A stretch of 60,065 nucleotides of DNA from a virus. Lineage: Duplodnaviria; Caudoviricetes. A model generated the notes under the pieces. The model searched no databases, was not told the origin of the DNA, and was given only the letters and a program-made list of their open reading frames with translations. A program made the translations under genes and the position numbers. Numbering within the stretch: position 1 is the first letter of the stretch; the number at the start of each line of letters is the position of its first letter. Location of the stretch: the IMG/VR virus record IMGVR_UViG_3300033109_000118, positions 1 through 60,065 of that record; one strand, written 5' to 3'. Of the stretch, positions 43,180 to 51,663 are shown piece by piece.

Positions 43180-44208
43180 ATGGTTGATTACAAAGACAGG
43201 CTCGCCAAGGCAATGAAGCTGGGCAACGTGCCGGTCCAACAGCTTGCGGATGCCATGGGCATCTCATATCAGGCGGTGAAACGCACGCTTGAAGGCAAGA
43301 GCTCTGCATTTACGGCCGCCAACAACACAAAGGCCGCCAGATTTTTGGGGGTACGCAGCGACTGGCTGGCCACCGGCGAAGGATTCATGTTTGACAGCAG
43401 GCTCAATGATGAGTTTGCGGAAGTTCTGGCCGAACGTGGGGTTCGCTTCAAAAAACTTGAGCCACACACCCCTGTGACGGTACCGGATGCCATCCTCAGA
43501 GTTCGAGGACAAGAATCGAAGTACTTTCCTGATTTTGTGGTCACGCGGCCTGACAACAGCCAGATCTTCATCGAAGTGAAGCCCCAGGCGCTGATGCAAG
43601 AAGATGGGTTCAGACCGATGCTGGAATTGGCTCAAACGCGTCCTGATCTCTACCGCATTTTTGGGCCGGGATTAAGATGGTCAAAAGCCGATATCGAACG
43701 GTTCGTCTCAGATGTGGTTGACGATGGAACCGGCGTATACCATGTTTCAGAGCCAATCCCTAGCTATATAAAAGATAGCGAATCGGATCTCGTAATACAG
43801 CAGTTTGATGCCGGCGGCGCGATGGGGCACGGCTTGGTGATGCGTGATCAGCCCGGCATTATTCAGAGCTGGAAAGTGACGCCGGAATGGGTTCAGAAGA
43901 ATGTTCCGTACTGCACGGCAACCAACAATCTCGCCATCGTTACAGGCTTCGGCGACTCCATGCTTGGCATGTTCAATCCCGGTGATCCCCTGCTGATCGA
44001 TCGCGGCATCATCAAGGCAGATGTTGATGGCGTCTACTTCTTCCGGGTCGGTGACGAGGGTTTCATAAAGCGCTTGCAGCGCATACCAGGTCAAGGAATC
44101 CTGGTGATCTCCGAAAACCCAAAGTATCGAGACTGGACGATTCAACCGGACATGGATTTCCAAGTGCTTGGCAAAGTCCTCAAGGCATGGCATGGGGTTA
44201 ACCTCTAG
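43180..44208 (+). CDS. cI: CI-like repressor: HTH + PD-(D/E)XK-like insert + S24 peptidase
   Basis: LADAMGISYQAVK HTH; PDFVV..FIEVK; AG, GDSM and FIKRL S24 motifs. Confidence 0.9.
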   Translation: MVDYKDRLAKAMKLGNVPVQQLADAMGISYQAVKRTLEGKSSAFTAANNTKAARFLGVRSDWLATGEGFMFDSRLNDEFAEVLAERGVRFKKLEPHTPVTVPDAILRVRGQESKYFPDFVVTRPDNSQIFIEVKPQALMQEDGFRPMLELAQTRPDLYRIFGPGLRWSKADIERFVSDVVDDGTGVYHVSEPIPSYIKDSESDLVIQQFDAGGAMGHGLVMRDQPGIIQSWKVTPEWVQKNVPYCTATNNLAIVTGFGDSMLGMFNPGDPLLIDRGIIKADVDGVYFFRVGDEGFIKRLQRIPGQGILVISENPKYRDWTIQPDMDFQVLGKVLKAWHGVNL

Positions 44209-44313
44209 TTCACCCTCCCCGGCATTTCCGGATCCCATCAAGGCTGCGCTGACAACGACAAATCGACTGCTGGCCGATCATTTCGTGACATAGACCACTT
44301 TCCCCGGGGAAAC

Positions 44314-44341
44314 AAACCGCGCTCATTGCGCGGTTTTTTTT
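44314..44341 (+). terminator. Intrinsic terminator after cI
   Basis: AAACCGCGC-TCATT-GCGCGGTTTTTTTT. Confidence 0.85.
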
Positions 44342-44370
44342 CGCCTTTCGCATTTCGATGTCGGACCGGA

Positions 44371-44411
44371 TTGAATCATACTTGACACTATTCTTGAATT
44401 ATGATTCAATG
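44371..44411 (+). promoter_or_regulatory. pL/OL: two operators with promoter
   Basis: TGAATCATACTTGACACTATTCTTGAATTATGATTCAATG, same architecture as OR. Confidence 0.85.
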
Positions 44412-44526
44412 GAGCCAATCGAACAGCAAAGCGAAACGACCTGGCAAGCGATACGGAGCCAGTAAGCCCGAAAGGATGCAGAGGGCGGTCCAGAGGTGAA
44501 TCCTCGAAGCCGAGCGGTGCGAGTGG

Positions 44527-44687
44527 AGAGCGGTTAGGGCGGGTGCCTGCGCGCCGTGTGACAGCAGTTGCGCAATGCAGAGCCGCCAAAGGGGTGCCGT
44601 TGGTATTGCGGCGCAGCTGGTGGGCGTAAGTCCACTGAAAAGCCTCTAGGGTTTCCGGCGTCACCGGACTCCCGCCCTAACCGCTCT
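44527..44687 (+). ncRNA. Structured pL leader RNA closed by a 17-bp perfect inverted repeat
   Basis: AGAGCGGTTAGGGCGGG (44527-44543) / CCCGCCCTAACCGCTCT (44671-44687) enclosing several hairpins. Confidence 0.6.
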
Positions 44688-44712
44688 GTTCTGGAACCGG
44701 ATGGAGACGCGA

Positions 44713-44937
44713 GTGAACGACAACCTGCACCCAGTCATGCGGCTGGCGCTGGCGCCCTTTGCGCCGCCGGCCCGCACGCCCGAGGAAGAAGCCCGCTGGC
44801 TCAGCGCCGACGTAGCCGAATCCGCCGAGAAGCTGAGTCCGGACTACGAGCAGATGCGTGCCAATCGCATTCAGCGGCGTGACGGCGATTTCGTGCGGGT
44901 CAGCACCGGTGCCTGCTTGCCGGGAGACAAGTTGTGA
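44713..44937 (+). CDS. Hypothetical early protein
   Basis: GGAG then GTG at 44713. Confidence 0.55.
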   Translation: MNDNLHPVMRLALAPFAPPARTPEEEARWLSADVAESAEKLSPDYEQMRANRIQRRDGDFVRVSTGACLPGDKL

Positions 44938-45371
44938 GCCGCCTCAACGACTTCACTGATGCCCTGCGCAACCCGCATGCCTGGGTCGGCGCCATCTTCA
45001 TTGCCACGCTGGCCACCGTTCCCACCGGTCTGTTGGACAAGCTGGGCGAAACGCCGCGCAACACCGAGGCGCAGCAGGCCGACGAGATAGAGCAGGCCCA
45101 TCGCCGCGATGACCAGGCCGCCGCCGCCATGCGTGAGCGTGCACGGCAGTGCGGTGGCGAGAACGCTGTCGGCATCCCTGTCCCCAAGGGTGTGCAGTGC
45201 TACGACCACCGCGGGAACAAGACCAAGTTGATTACCGGGCTGGCGCGCCCGGATAGCCAAGGCCAAGAGTCTGCTGCGCGCATTTTCGGTGTGCGTCTGC
45301 AGCTGAACTCTGAATGCGCCAATTCAATCGAGTCCGCCGGTCTGGTGCTGGCGGGCTTTCTCAAGGGGTAG
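44934..45371 (+). CDS. Hypothetical membrane-anchored protein
   Basis: GTGA overlap; one hydrophobic segment. Confidence 0.55.
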   Translation: MSRLNDFTDALRNPHAWVGAIFIATLATVPTGLLDKLGETPRNTEAQQADEIEQAHRRDDQAAAAMRERARQCGGENAVGIPVPKGVQCYDHRGNKTKLITGLARPDSQGQESAARIFGVRLQLNSECANSIESAGLVLAGFLKG

Positions 45372-45374
45372 GAC

Positions 45375-45593
45375 ATGGAAATGATCAATCGCGCCATTGA
45401 CGGCGCAGCCGCCTTTACCGACATGCTCAAGAAGCTGGAAGAAGTTCCCCAGCGCCAACTTGGACCGAGCACAGATCATCGCGCAGCCGAGATGGCCGTC
45501 GCAGCAGGCTACGAGACCCGAACACAACGCCGTGCCCGCGAACGCCGTGAGGCCAAGGAAGCACGCCGTCAAGCGAAGCAGGAAGCCAAATGA
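45375..45593 (+). CDS. Hypothetical protein
   Basis: 72 aa with basic C-terminus. Confidence 0.55.
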   Translation: MEMINRAIDGAAAFTDMLKKLEEVPQRQLGPSTDHRAAEMAVAAGYETRTQRRARERREAKEARRQAKQEAK

Positions 45594-45832
45594 ACACCAC
45601 CGCCGAGCGCGTCAAGGCGCTGATCGCCAACACCGCCGATTGCGGTATCGAGCATGTTGCCGACGACAAGAGCCTGTCCGACCTCGGCCTGGACAGCATG
45701 GACCGCTACGAGCTCACGCTGCACATCGAGGAAGCGTTTGACATCGAGATCCCCGATGAGGATGCGGCGCCGCTTAACACCGTGGGTGAAGTTGTTGCCC
45801 TGGTGGAGCGCATGGTGGGAGCAAAGGCATGA
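45590..45832 (+). CDS. acpP: Acyl carrier protein
   Basis: DLGLDSMD phosphopantetheine site; IEEAFDIEIPDEDA..LNTVGE. Confidence 0.92.
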   Translation: MNTTAERVKALIANTADCGIEHVADDKSLSDLGLDSMDRYELTLHIEEAFDIEIPDEDAAPLNTVGEVVALVERMVGAKA

Positions 45833-46110
45833 GCGCGCAGCATACACCCGGTAAGTGGTCGAAAGCGGTAGATGCTGCAATTCAGTACGCGCCCAAACGA
45901 CTGCACGCTGACCGTGAGGCATTCGGCAAAGTGCGTGAAATCGCAGCCAAAGCTGACGCAGAGTGCGATGGGCTGCTGACGGCGCTGGAACGAGCCGAGC
46001 GAAAGCTGTCTGCCTATGTTGGCGTCTGCACTGGCGACAAGGAATTGACCGATGCCGTGCTCCCGATGACCCGCGTCGCCATCGCCAAGGTGAAAGGCGG
46101 TGCCACATGA
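45829..46110 (+). CDS. Hypothetical protein
   Basis: HTPGKW start motif common in phage early ORFs. Confidence 0.6.
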   Translation: MSAQHTPGKWSKAVDAAIQYAPKRLHADREAFGKVREIAAKADAECDGLLTALERAERKLSAYVGVCTGDKELTDAVLPMTRVAIAKVKGGAT

Positions 46111-46322
46111 CCGCCTACATCCCCCACATCTGCGCCTTCATCCTGATCTGCCTGATTGCAGGTGGCATTTGGGCCGCTCACCGCCTCATTGAATCCGCCC
46201 TTCCTCCGAGCGCCGAGGAAATCGAACGGCGGATAACCACAAAGGCTGTCGTTCGCGCTAACAAGGAATTCAAGCAACGCCAGCGCCTGCGTGTCGTCAG
46301 GTTCTGGAACATTTTTAACTGA
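46107..46322 (+). CDS. Small membrane protein
   Basis: Start MTAYIPH; N-terminal transmembrane helix. Confidence 0.55.
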   Translation: MTAYIPHICAFILICLIAGGIWAAHRLIESALPPSAEEIERRITTKAVVRANKEFKQRQRLRVVRFWNIFN

Positions 46323-46334
46323 CTGGAGAAAGCT

Positions 46335-47387
46335 GTGAATGCAGTAGTCGAAATGAAAAAAGGCGCCCTCGCGGTGGCCGAGAACCAGGGCCGCATGGCC
46401 GTGGCCGACATCATCAGCCACGTCGCCATGGTGCAGGAGGTCATGCGTGCCGTGATGATCGGCCCGTCCAAGGAAAACCCGAACGGCGTGCACTACGGGA
46501 TCATCCCCGGCACTGACAAGCCCACACTGCTCAAGTCCGGCGCCGAGGTGCTTTGCATGGCCTTCCGCATCGCCGACAGCTATGCGGTGGAAGACCTTTC
46601 CACCGACGGTGTGGTCCGCTACCGCGTCACCTGCACCGGCACGCATCAGGTCACTGGTCTCGTGCTGGGCACCGGCATGGGCGAGGCCTCCAGCGGAGAG
46701 GAAAAGTACAAGTGGCGCAAGGCCAGTTCCAGGCAGGAATTCGAAGACACGCCGCCTAACATGCGGCGCACGAAGCACGGCTACAACAAGTTCGAGAAAA
46801 AGGCCTTCGAGATCCAGCAGGTCCGCACCGAGCCCGCCGACCTGGCCAACACCATCCTCAAGATGGCGAACAAACGCGCCAAGATGGCCATGGTGCTCAA
46901 CGTCACAGCCGCCAGCGACTGCTTCTCGCAGGATCTGGACGACATGGATGAAGCCCTGCGCGATCACCTCACGCGCCGCGGCGAAGAAAGCCAGCCTGAA
47001 GGTCAACCGAGTGCCGAGGCCGAGGGTGGCAAGCCCGCTCTGGCCCCCTACCCCGAAGACAAGTTCAAGGAAAACCTGGCGAAGTGGCTGGACGTGATCG
47101 CCCAGGGCCGCAAGACCGCCGACCAGATCATCGGCCACATCAAGACCATGAACACGCTGACGGCCGAGCAGGAGAAGCAAATCCGGGCCGGCAAGCAGGC
47201 AGCCGCTCCCGCCAGCGATGCGCCCGCCGTCTCAGCCGCCGAGGTTCTGGAAAAGCTGAACGCTTCCGCTACCAGCGAAGACCTCGACGCCGCAGCAGGC
47301 CTCATTGCCGCCGTGCCAGAAGCCGAGCGCGCCGCTCTCAACGCGCGCTACGACGAACTGCACGCCAAGTTCAACCCCCAGGAGTAA
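46335..47387 (+). CDS. Putative recombination / ssDNA-annealing protein
   Basis: HYGIIPG..KPTLLKSGAE..NTILKMA.KRA..FSQD; adjacent to the exonuclease. Function inferred from context. Confidence 0.55.
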   Translation: MNAVVEMKKGALAVAENQGRMAVADIISHVAMVQEVMRAVMIGPSKENPNGVHYGIIPGTDKPTLLKSGAEVLCMAFRIADSYAVEDLSTDGVVRYRVTCTGTHQVTGLVLGTGMGEASSGEEKYKWRKASSRQEFEDTPPNMRRTKHGYNKFEKKAFEIQQVRTEPADLANTILKMANKRAKMAMVLNVTAASDCFSQDLDDMDEALRDHLTRRGEESQPEGQPSAEAEGGKPALAPYPEDKFKENLAKWLDVIAQGRKTADQIIGHIKTMNTLTAEQEKQIRAGKQAAAPASDAPAVSAAEVLEKLNASATSEDLDAAAGLIAAVPEAERAALNARYDELHAKFNPQE

Positions 47388-47391
47388 GACC

Positions 47392-49143
47392 ATGCAGACC
47401 CATGACGTCATTCAGGGCAGTCCGGAGTGGCTGGCCCAACGCCTCAACACCTACAACGCCAGCGATGCACCAGCCATGCTGGGCTGTTCGCCCTACGAAA
47501 CCCGCAGCCAGCTGATCGCACGCCTGGCCACTGGCATCGTGCCCGAGGTCGATGCCGCCACCCAGCGCCGTTTCGATGACGGCCACCGTTTCGAGGCGCT
47601 GGCCCGCCCGCTGGCGGTGGAAATCATTGGCGAAGACCTCTACCCGGTCAGCGGCAGCGAAGACTTCGGTCTGGACAAGCCCTTGGCTGCCTCCCTGGAC
47701 GGCTCCACGATCACCGACGAGATCGTCTGGGAGCACAAGAGTCTGAACGACGAGCTGCGCGCCGTGTTGCCCGAGCAGATCGTCGGCGAGGTATTCGTCG
47801 GGAGTGTTGGTCTCGGCGCCAAGCTGCCCAAGCTGTACCGCGTCCAAATGGAACAGCAGCTGATGGTCTCCGGCGCCGGCAAGGTGCTCTTCACAGCCTC
47901 CAAGTGGAACGCCGATGACACGCTGGTGGAAGCCCGCCACTGCTGGTATCAATCTGACCTCGCGCTGCGTGCCGAGATCCTGGGCGGCTGGAAGCAACTG
48001 GCCGAGGACGTCAAGGCCTACGTGCCACCGGCTGCCAGCGCCTTGGAGAAGATTGTCGCCGAGCCCGTTGAAGCACTGCCAGCTCCCGTGGTGCGGGTCG
48101 CCGGCCAGATCACACTGGAGGACAACTTCAAGGCATTCGAGGAACGCCTGCGCGAATTCCTGGCCACCAAGCTGATCCGCGAGCCCAAGACTGACGAGGA
48201 TTTCGTCAACCTGGACAGCCAGATCAAGGCCATGAAGTCGGCGCGCGAAGCACTCAAGGCGGCCGAGTCTCAGATGCTGGCTCAGGTCCAGCCCGTTGAC
48301 CAGGCCAAGAAGACCAAGGACATGCTGGACACGTTGCTGCAGCAGAACGTCAGCATGGCCGAAAAGATCATGACCGCCGAAAAAGAGCGCCGCAAGGGTG
48401 AAATCGTGGCGGTGGGCGTGAAAGGTCTGGCCGACCACATTGCAGCCTTGAACGAGCGCCTTGGCAAGCCCTACATGCCCGCCATCCCGGCTGACTTCGG
48501 TGGCGCGGTGAAAGGCCTGAAATCCATGTCCAGCATGGAAGACAAGGTGACCACCGAACTGGCCCGCGCCAAGATCGCCGCCAGCGAGATCGCCGACAAG
48601 ATCGAGCTCAATCTGAAATGGTTGCGCGAGAACGCCACCGAATACGTGCACCTCTTCGCCGATACCGCCCAGCTGGTGCTCAAGGCGCCCGACGACTTCA
48701 AGGCCGCGGCCCAGCTGAGGATCACCACCGAGAAGCAGCGTGTGCAGGCCGAGCACGACCGCATCCGGGAGGAAGCAGCGGCGGCGGCCCGCAAGAAGCT
48801 GGAAGACGACGCCGCGGCGCGCAAGGCCCTGGAGGCAGTTTCAGCCACGCCTGCATCTGCACCGGCCGCCCCGGCTCCGGCGCCCTTCACGCCTGTGGCC
48901 GCGGCGCCCGTCAAGGTCAACCCGGTACCGCCGGCCGCCAATGACGATGCCGTCATCAACGTCGGCGAGATCAACGAGCGGATCAAGCCGCTGCAGATCA
49001 GCGCCGCCGGCTTGCAGGAGCTGGGTTTCCAGCCGGTGCCGCGCAAAGGCGCTGGTGTCTTCTTCCGCGAGTCCGACTATCCCCGCATGTGTGAGGCGCT
49101 GATTCAGCATCTGACCCAGGTGGCGGACCTGCAGGCAGCGTGA
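47392..49143 (+). CDS. YqaJ/lambda-exonuclease family recombinase with long helical C-terminus
   Basis: QGSPEWL..R..ASD..GHRFE..ASLDG..EHK..Y..QM.QQL. Confidence 0.88.
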   Translation: MQTHDVIQGSPEWLAQRLNTYNASDAPAMLGCSPYETRSQLIARLATGIVPEVDAATQRRFDDGHRFEALARPLAVEIIGEDLYPVSGSEDFGLDKPLAASLDGSTITDEIVWEHKSLNDELRAVLPEQIVGEVFVGSVGLGAKLPKLYRVQMEQQLMVSGAGKVLFTASKWNADDTLVEARHCWYQSDLALRAEILGGWKQLAEDVKAYVPPAASALEKIVAEPVEALPAPVVRVAGQITLEDNFKAFEERLREFLATKLIREPKTDEDFVNLDSQIKAMKSAREALKAAESQMLAQVQPVDQAKKTKDMLDTLLQQNVSMAEKIMTAEKERRKGEIVAVGVKGLADHIAALNERLGKPYMPAIPADFGGAVKGLKSMSSMEDKVTTELARAKIAASEIADKIELNLKWLRENATEYVHLFADTAQLVLKAPDDFKAAAQLRITTEKQRVQAEHDRIREEAAAAARKKLEDDAAARKALEAVSATPASAPAAPAPAPFTPVAAAPVKVNPVPPAANDDAVINVGEINERIKPLQISAAGLQELGFQPVPRKGAGVFFRESDYPRMCEALIQHLTQVADLQAA

Positions 49144-49258
49144 CCAAGTTACGGGGGTAAAGCACCGTCGAACTTGGGGGATGTCGCCCGCGTGCCATTC
49201 CCCTGCCGGTAACTACGTAGTCCGACTACCTCCACCACATCAACCACAGGAGAACAAA

Positions 49259-49825
49259 ATGAACCTCGCAGCTATGAATGCCGCACTCAATGGCGACCTC
49301 GCCAATGCCATCGTCGCCAGCACGCCGGGCGGCATCGAGCGCCAAGAGGCGCAGGGCCAGCAGGATCTGGTTAAGGCCGCTGACAGGCTCCCATCCAACA
49401 TGAGTGTCGAGGACCAGGCGGCGCTGGTCCAGCTCGGATTCATCTTCGGTGACACGATAGATGACATCTTCCGCTCCGTCCAGATGCCGGCCGGGTGGAC
49501 CATCAAGCCCTCCGACCACAGCATGCACTCGGACCTTATTGATCCGCAAGGCAACAAGCGTGGCGGCATTTTCTACAAGGCCGCGTTCTATGACCGCAAG
49601 GCCCACTTCAACCTGAACTGCCGCTACTACGTCAGCCAGGACTATGCGCAGCCGACCAGCACGCACTTCATTGAAGACGCAAAAACAGGCCAGCGTGCGC
49701 ACGTTGTCGGCACTGCACCTTATGCCGATTGGAATGCCGGTGATGCCATGAGCAAACAGGCATGCAAGTGGCTGGAATCGAACTTCCCGGACTACCGCGA
49801 CCCACTCGCCTACTGGGACAACTGA
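49259..49825 (+). CDS. Conserved-looking hypothetical phage protein
   Basis: AGGAG RBS; IFYKAAFYDR motif. Confidence 0.7.
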   Translation: MNLAAMNAALNGDLANAIVASTPGGIERQEAQGQQDLVKAADRLPSNMSVEDQAALVQLGFIFGDTIDDIFRSVQMPAGWTIKPSDHSMHSDLIDPQGNKRGGIFYKAAFYDRKAHFNLNCRYYVSQDYAQPTSTHFIEDAKTGQRAHVVGTAPYADWNAGDAMSKQACKWLESNFPDYRDPLAYWDN

Positions 49826-49867
49826 ACCACTGCTTTTCTTTACCCACCCACCACCCAGGAGATTTCC

Positions 49868-50218
49868 ATGAGCACCGAAGCCCGCAAGTTCCCCGAACCC
49901 CAGCCCTTCACCGACAAGGCCCGCCCGCCGATCGAGCTCAAGCCCGTCGAGTCTGGCCAGATCAAGGCCGTCGGCTACGACGAGGCCACGAACACCCTGG
50001 CCGTTCAGTTCCGCCATGGCAAGCAGGCGATCTACCACTACCCGGGCGTGAAGCCGGAGACGCACGCCGAATTCATCGGCGCCGAGTCGCTGGGCGCGTT
50101 CTTCCGCGACAACCTCAAGACGCTGCCGTTCGAGAAGTTTCCGGCCGAGCCGGAGCCCGAGCAGGGCGACGTGCAGGCCGCCGCCGGCGCCGTCACGCAG
50201 ACGCCCGTCGAAGCCTGA
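49868..50218 (+). CDS. KTSC domain protein
   Basis: VESGQIKAVGYD..L.VQF..YHYPGV..AESLGAFF. Confidence 0.85.
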   Translation: MSTEARKFPEPQPFTDKARPPIELKPVESGQIKAVGYDEATNTLAVQFRHGKQAIYHYPGVKPETHAEFIGAESLGAFFRDNLKTLPFEKFPAEPEPEQGDVQAAAGAVTQTPVEA

Positions 50219-50243
50219 TCCAACAACTGCCGGAGCCAATCCC

Positions 50244-50927
50244 ATGACCTTCGAACTCAAAGCCGTCACCGCCGTCAAGCTCACGCACGTCAACGTCCGC
50301 CGTGAACTGCATGGCGAAGACCATGTACCAGCCATGGACCTCAGCATGCGCCTGGAAGGCAGCAACGAGCTGCTGGACCTGCTGGATCCGGCGCTGCGCA
50401 CCAGCCTGTACTTCAACGCCGCTGCCAAGGCCGGCCAGGAAAGCCTGCCAGAAGTCCTGGCCCATCTGCCCAACTTGCGGCTTGCCAAGCTCAATGCGCA
50501 GAAATTCAACTGGGCCAAAGGCGAGCGCCACAAGGGCTACCGCATGGTGCTGGACTACGGTCTCGGCGACGACATCAGCAACGAAGACCTCGACAACTGC
50601 ACCGTCACCGGCTGGCGCTTCGAGACGAAGGAAGGCGGCACCGTGGTGCTGGAATGGGTGGTGCAGTACGCCGGCGAGAAGCTGACCGCCGAAACCCGCG
50701 GCAAGCTCACCGGCCTGACCGACGAGCCCATCCACATCCAGCTGTTTGCGCCGGAGACGCCGCAGGTCGTCAAGGGCAAGGACAAGCCGACTGCCGCGCC
50801 TGGTGACGACGACGATGTCACCCAAGGCGACGGCGGCACCGGATCGCTGCTCGGTGATGGAGCCGACGAAGACACGCCGGAGGCGGCCATGCGGCGTGCC
50901 CATGGCGTAGAGCCTGCCGAAGCCTGA
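50244..50927 (+). CDS. Hypothetical protein
   Basis: 227 aa, GGAG RBS, acidic tail. Confidence 0.7.
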   Translation: MTFELKAVTAVKLTHVNVRRELHGEDHVPAMDLSMRLEGSNELLDLLDPALRTSLYFNAAAKAGQESLPEVLAHLPNLRLAKLNAQKFNWAKGERHKGYRMVLDYGLGDDISNEDLDNCTVTGWRFETKEGGTVVLEWVVQYAGEKLTAETRGKLTGLTDEPIHIQLFAPETPQVVKGKDKPTAAPGDDDDVTQGDGGTGSLLGDGADEDTPEAAMRRAHGVEPAEA

Positions 50928-50932
50928 TCACG

Positions 50933-51334
50933 GTGGCCGCTGTGAAGACTTGCCGTTACTGCCAGCAATCCGCGGTGCTCCTACGCTGTGGTGACGCTGG
51001 CTACCCATACCAGCGCGACTACGGGCCAGTCTGGACCTGTACGCCGTGTCAGGCATGGGTCGGCTGTCATCCCGGCACCGAGAAGGCCCTGGGCGGCTTG
51101 GCCAATGCCGAACTGCGCGCCGCCAAGATGGAAGCGCATGCCGCCTTCGATCCCCTGTGGAAGCGAAAGATAACCCGCGAGAACTGTTCCAAGAGTCAGG
51201 CACGCCGGGCCGGCTACCGCTGGCTGTCTGAGCAGCTTGGCATCCCATATGAGAAGACGCACATCGGCTACATGAACCTGGACGAATGCCGCAAGGTGGT
51301 CGAGGTGTGCACGAATCTCAGGAAGGCGACATGA
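50933..51334 (+). CDS. DUF3268-like zinc-finger protein
   Basis: CRYC..CTPCQAWVGCH..AHAAFDPLW..HIG. Confidence 0.8.
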   Translation: MAAVKTCRYCQQSAVLLRCGDAGYPYQRDYGPVWTCTPCQAWVGCHPGTEKALGGLANAELRAAKMEAHAAFDPLWKRKITRENCSKSQARRAGYRWLSEQLGIPYEKTHIGYMNLDECRKVVEVCTNLRKAT

Positions 51335-51654
51335 CCATGAGCCAGACCGCCGTCCAGGTGCAGAAGCTGTGGAAGGGCACCCTGCCCGTCCACGGCGTCA
51401 TCACAGCCGGCCCGCTCAAAGGCTGGCGCTACGCCTTCCTCCAGTTCATCTGCATCGACTACCAGCTCTTCATGGACATGCGCTGTGCTGAGCCCTGCTG
51501 GCCATTCCCGACGACCGTGCGCTTTCTGTTCGGTCGAGACCTGATCGAGGTCGAGGCCGTGCCCGGCGAGCGCGCCAAGCGCCTCGATGCGAATGCGCTG
51601 ATCGAGCGCTGCCTTGTGGACGGCGTTGCCTTGTCCCCTTTTGAAACCATCTGA
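51331..51654 (+). CDS. Hypothetical protein
   Basis: ATGA overlap with the upstream gene. Confidence 0.55.
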   Translation: MTMSQTAVQVQKLWKGTLPVHGVITAGPLKGWRYAFLQFICIDYQLFMDMRCAEPCWPFPTTVRFLFGRDLIEVEAVPGERAKRLDANALIERCLVDGVALSPFETI

Positions 51655-51663
51655 AAGAAATCC

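Noticed and set aside
44527-44687. Retron a1/a2 repeats or a pistol/hammerhead ribozyme
   Set aside because: No reverse transcriptase in the window. The UUAGGGC/GCCCUAA resemblance to pistol is part of a continuous 17-bp helix without the P1 hairpin, and there is no CUGANGA core.
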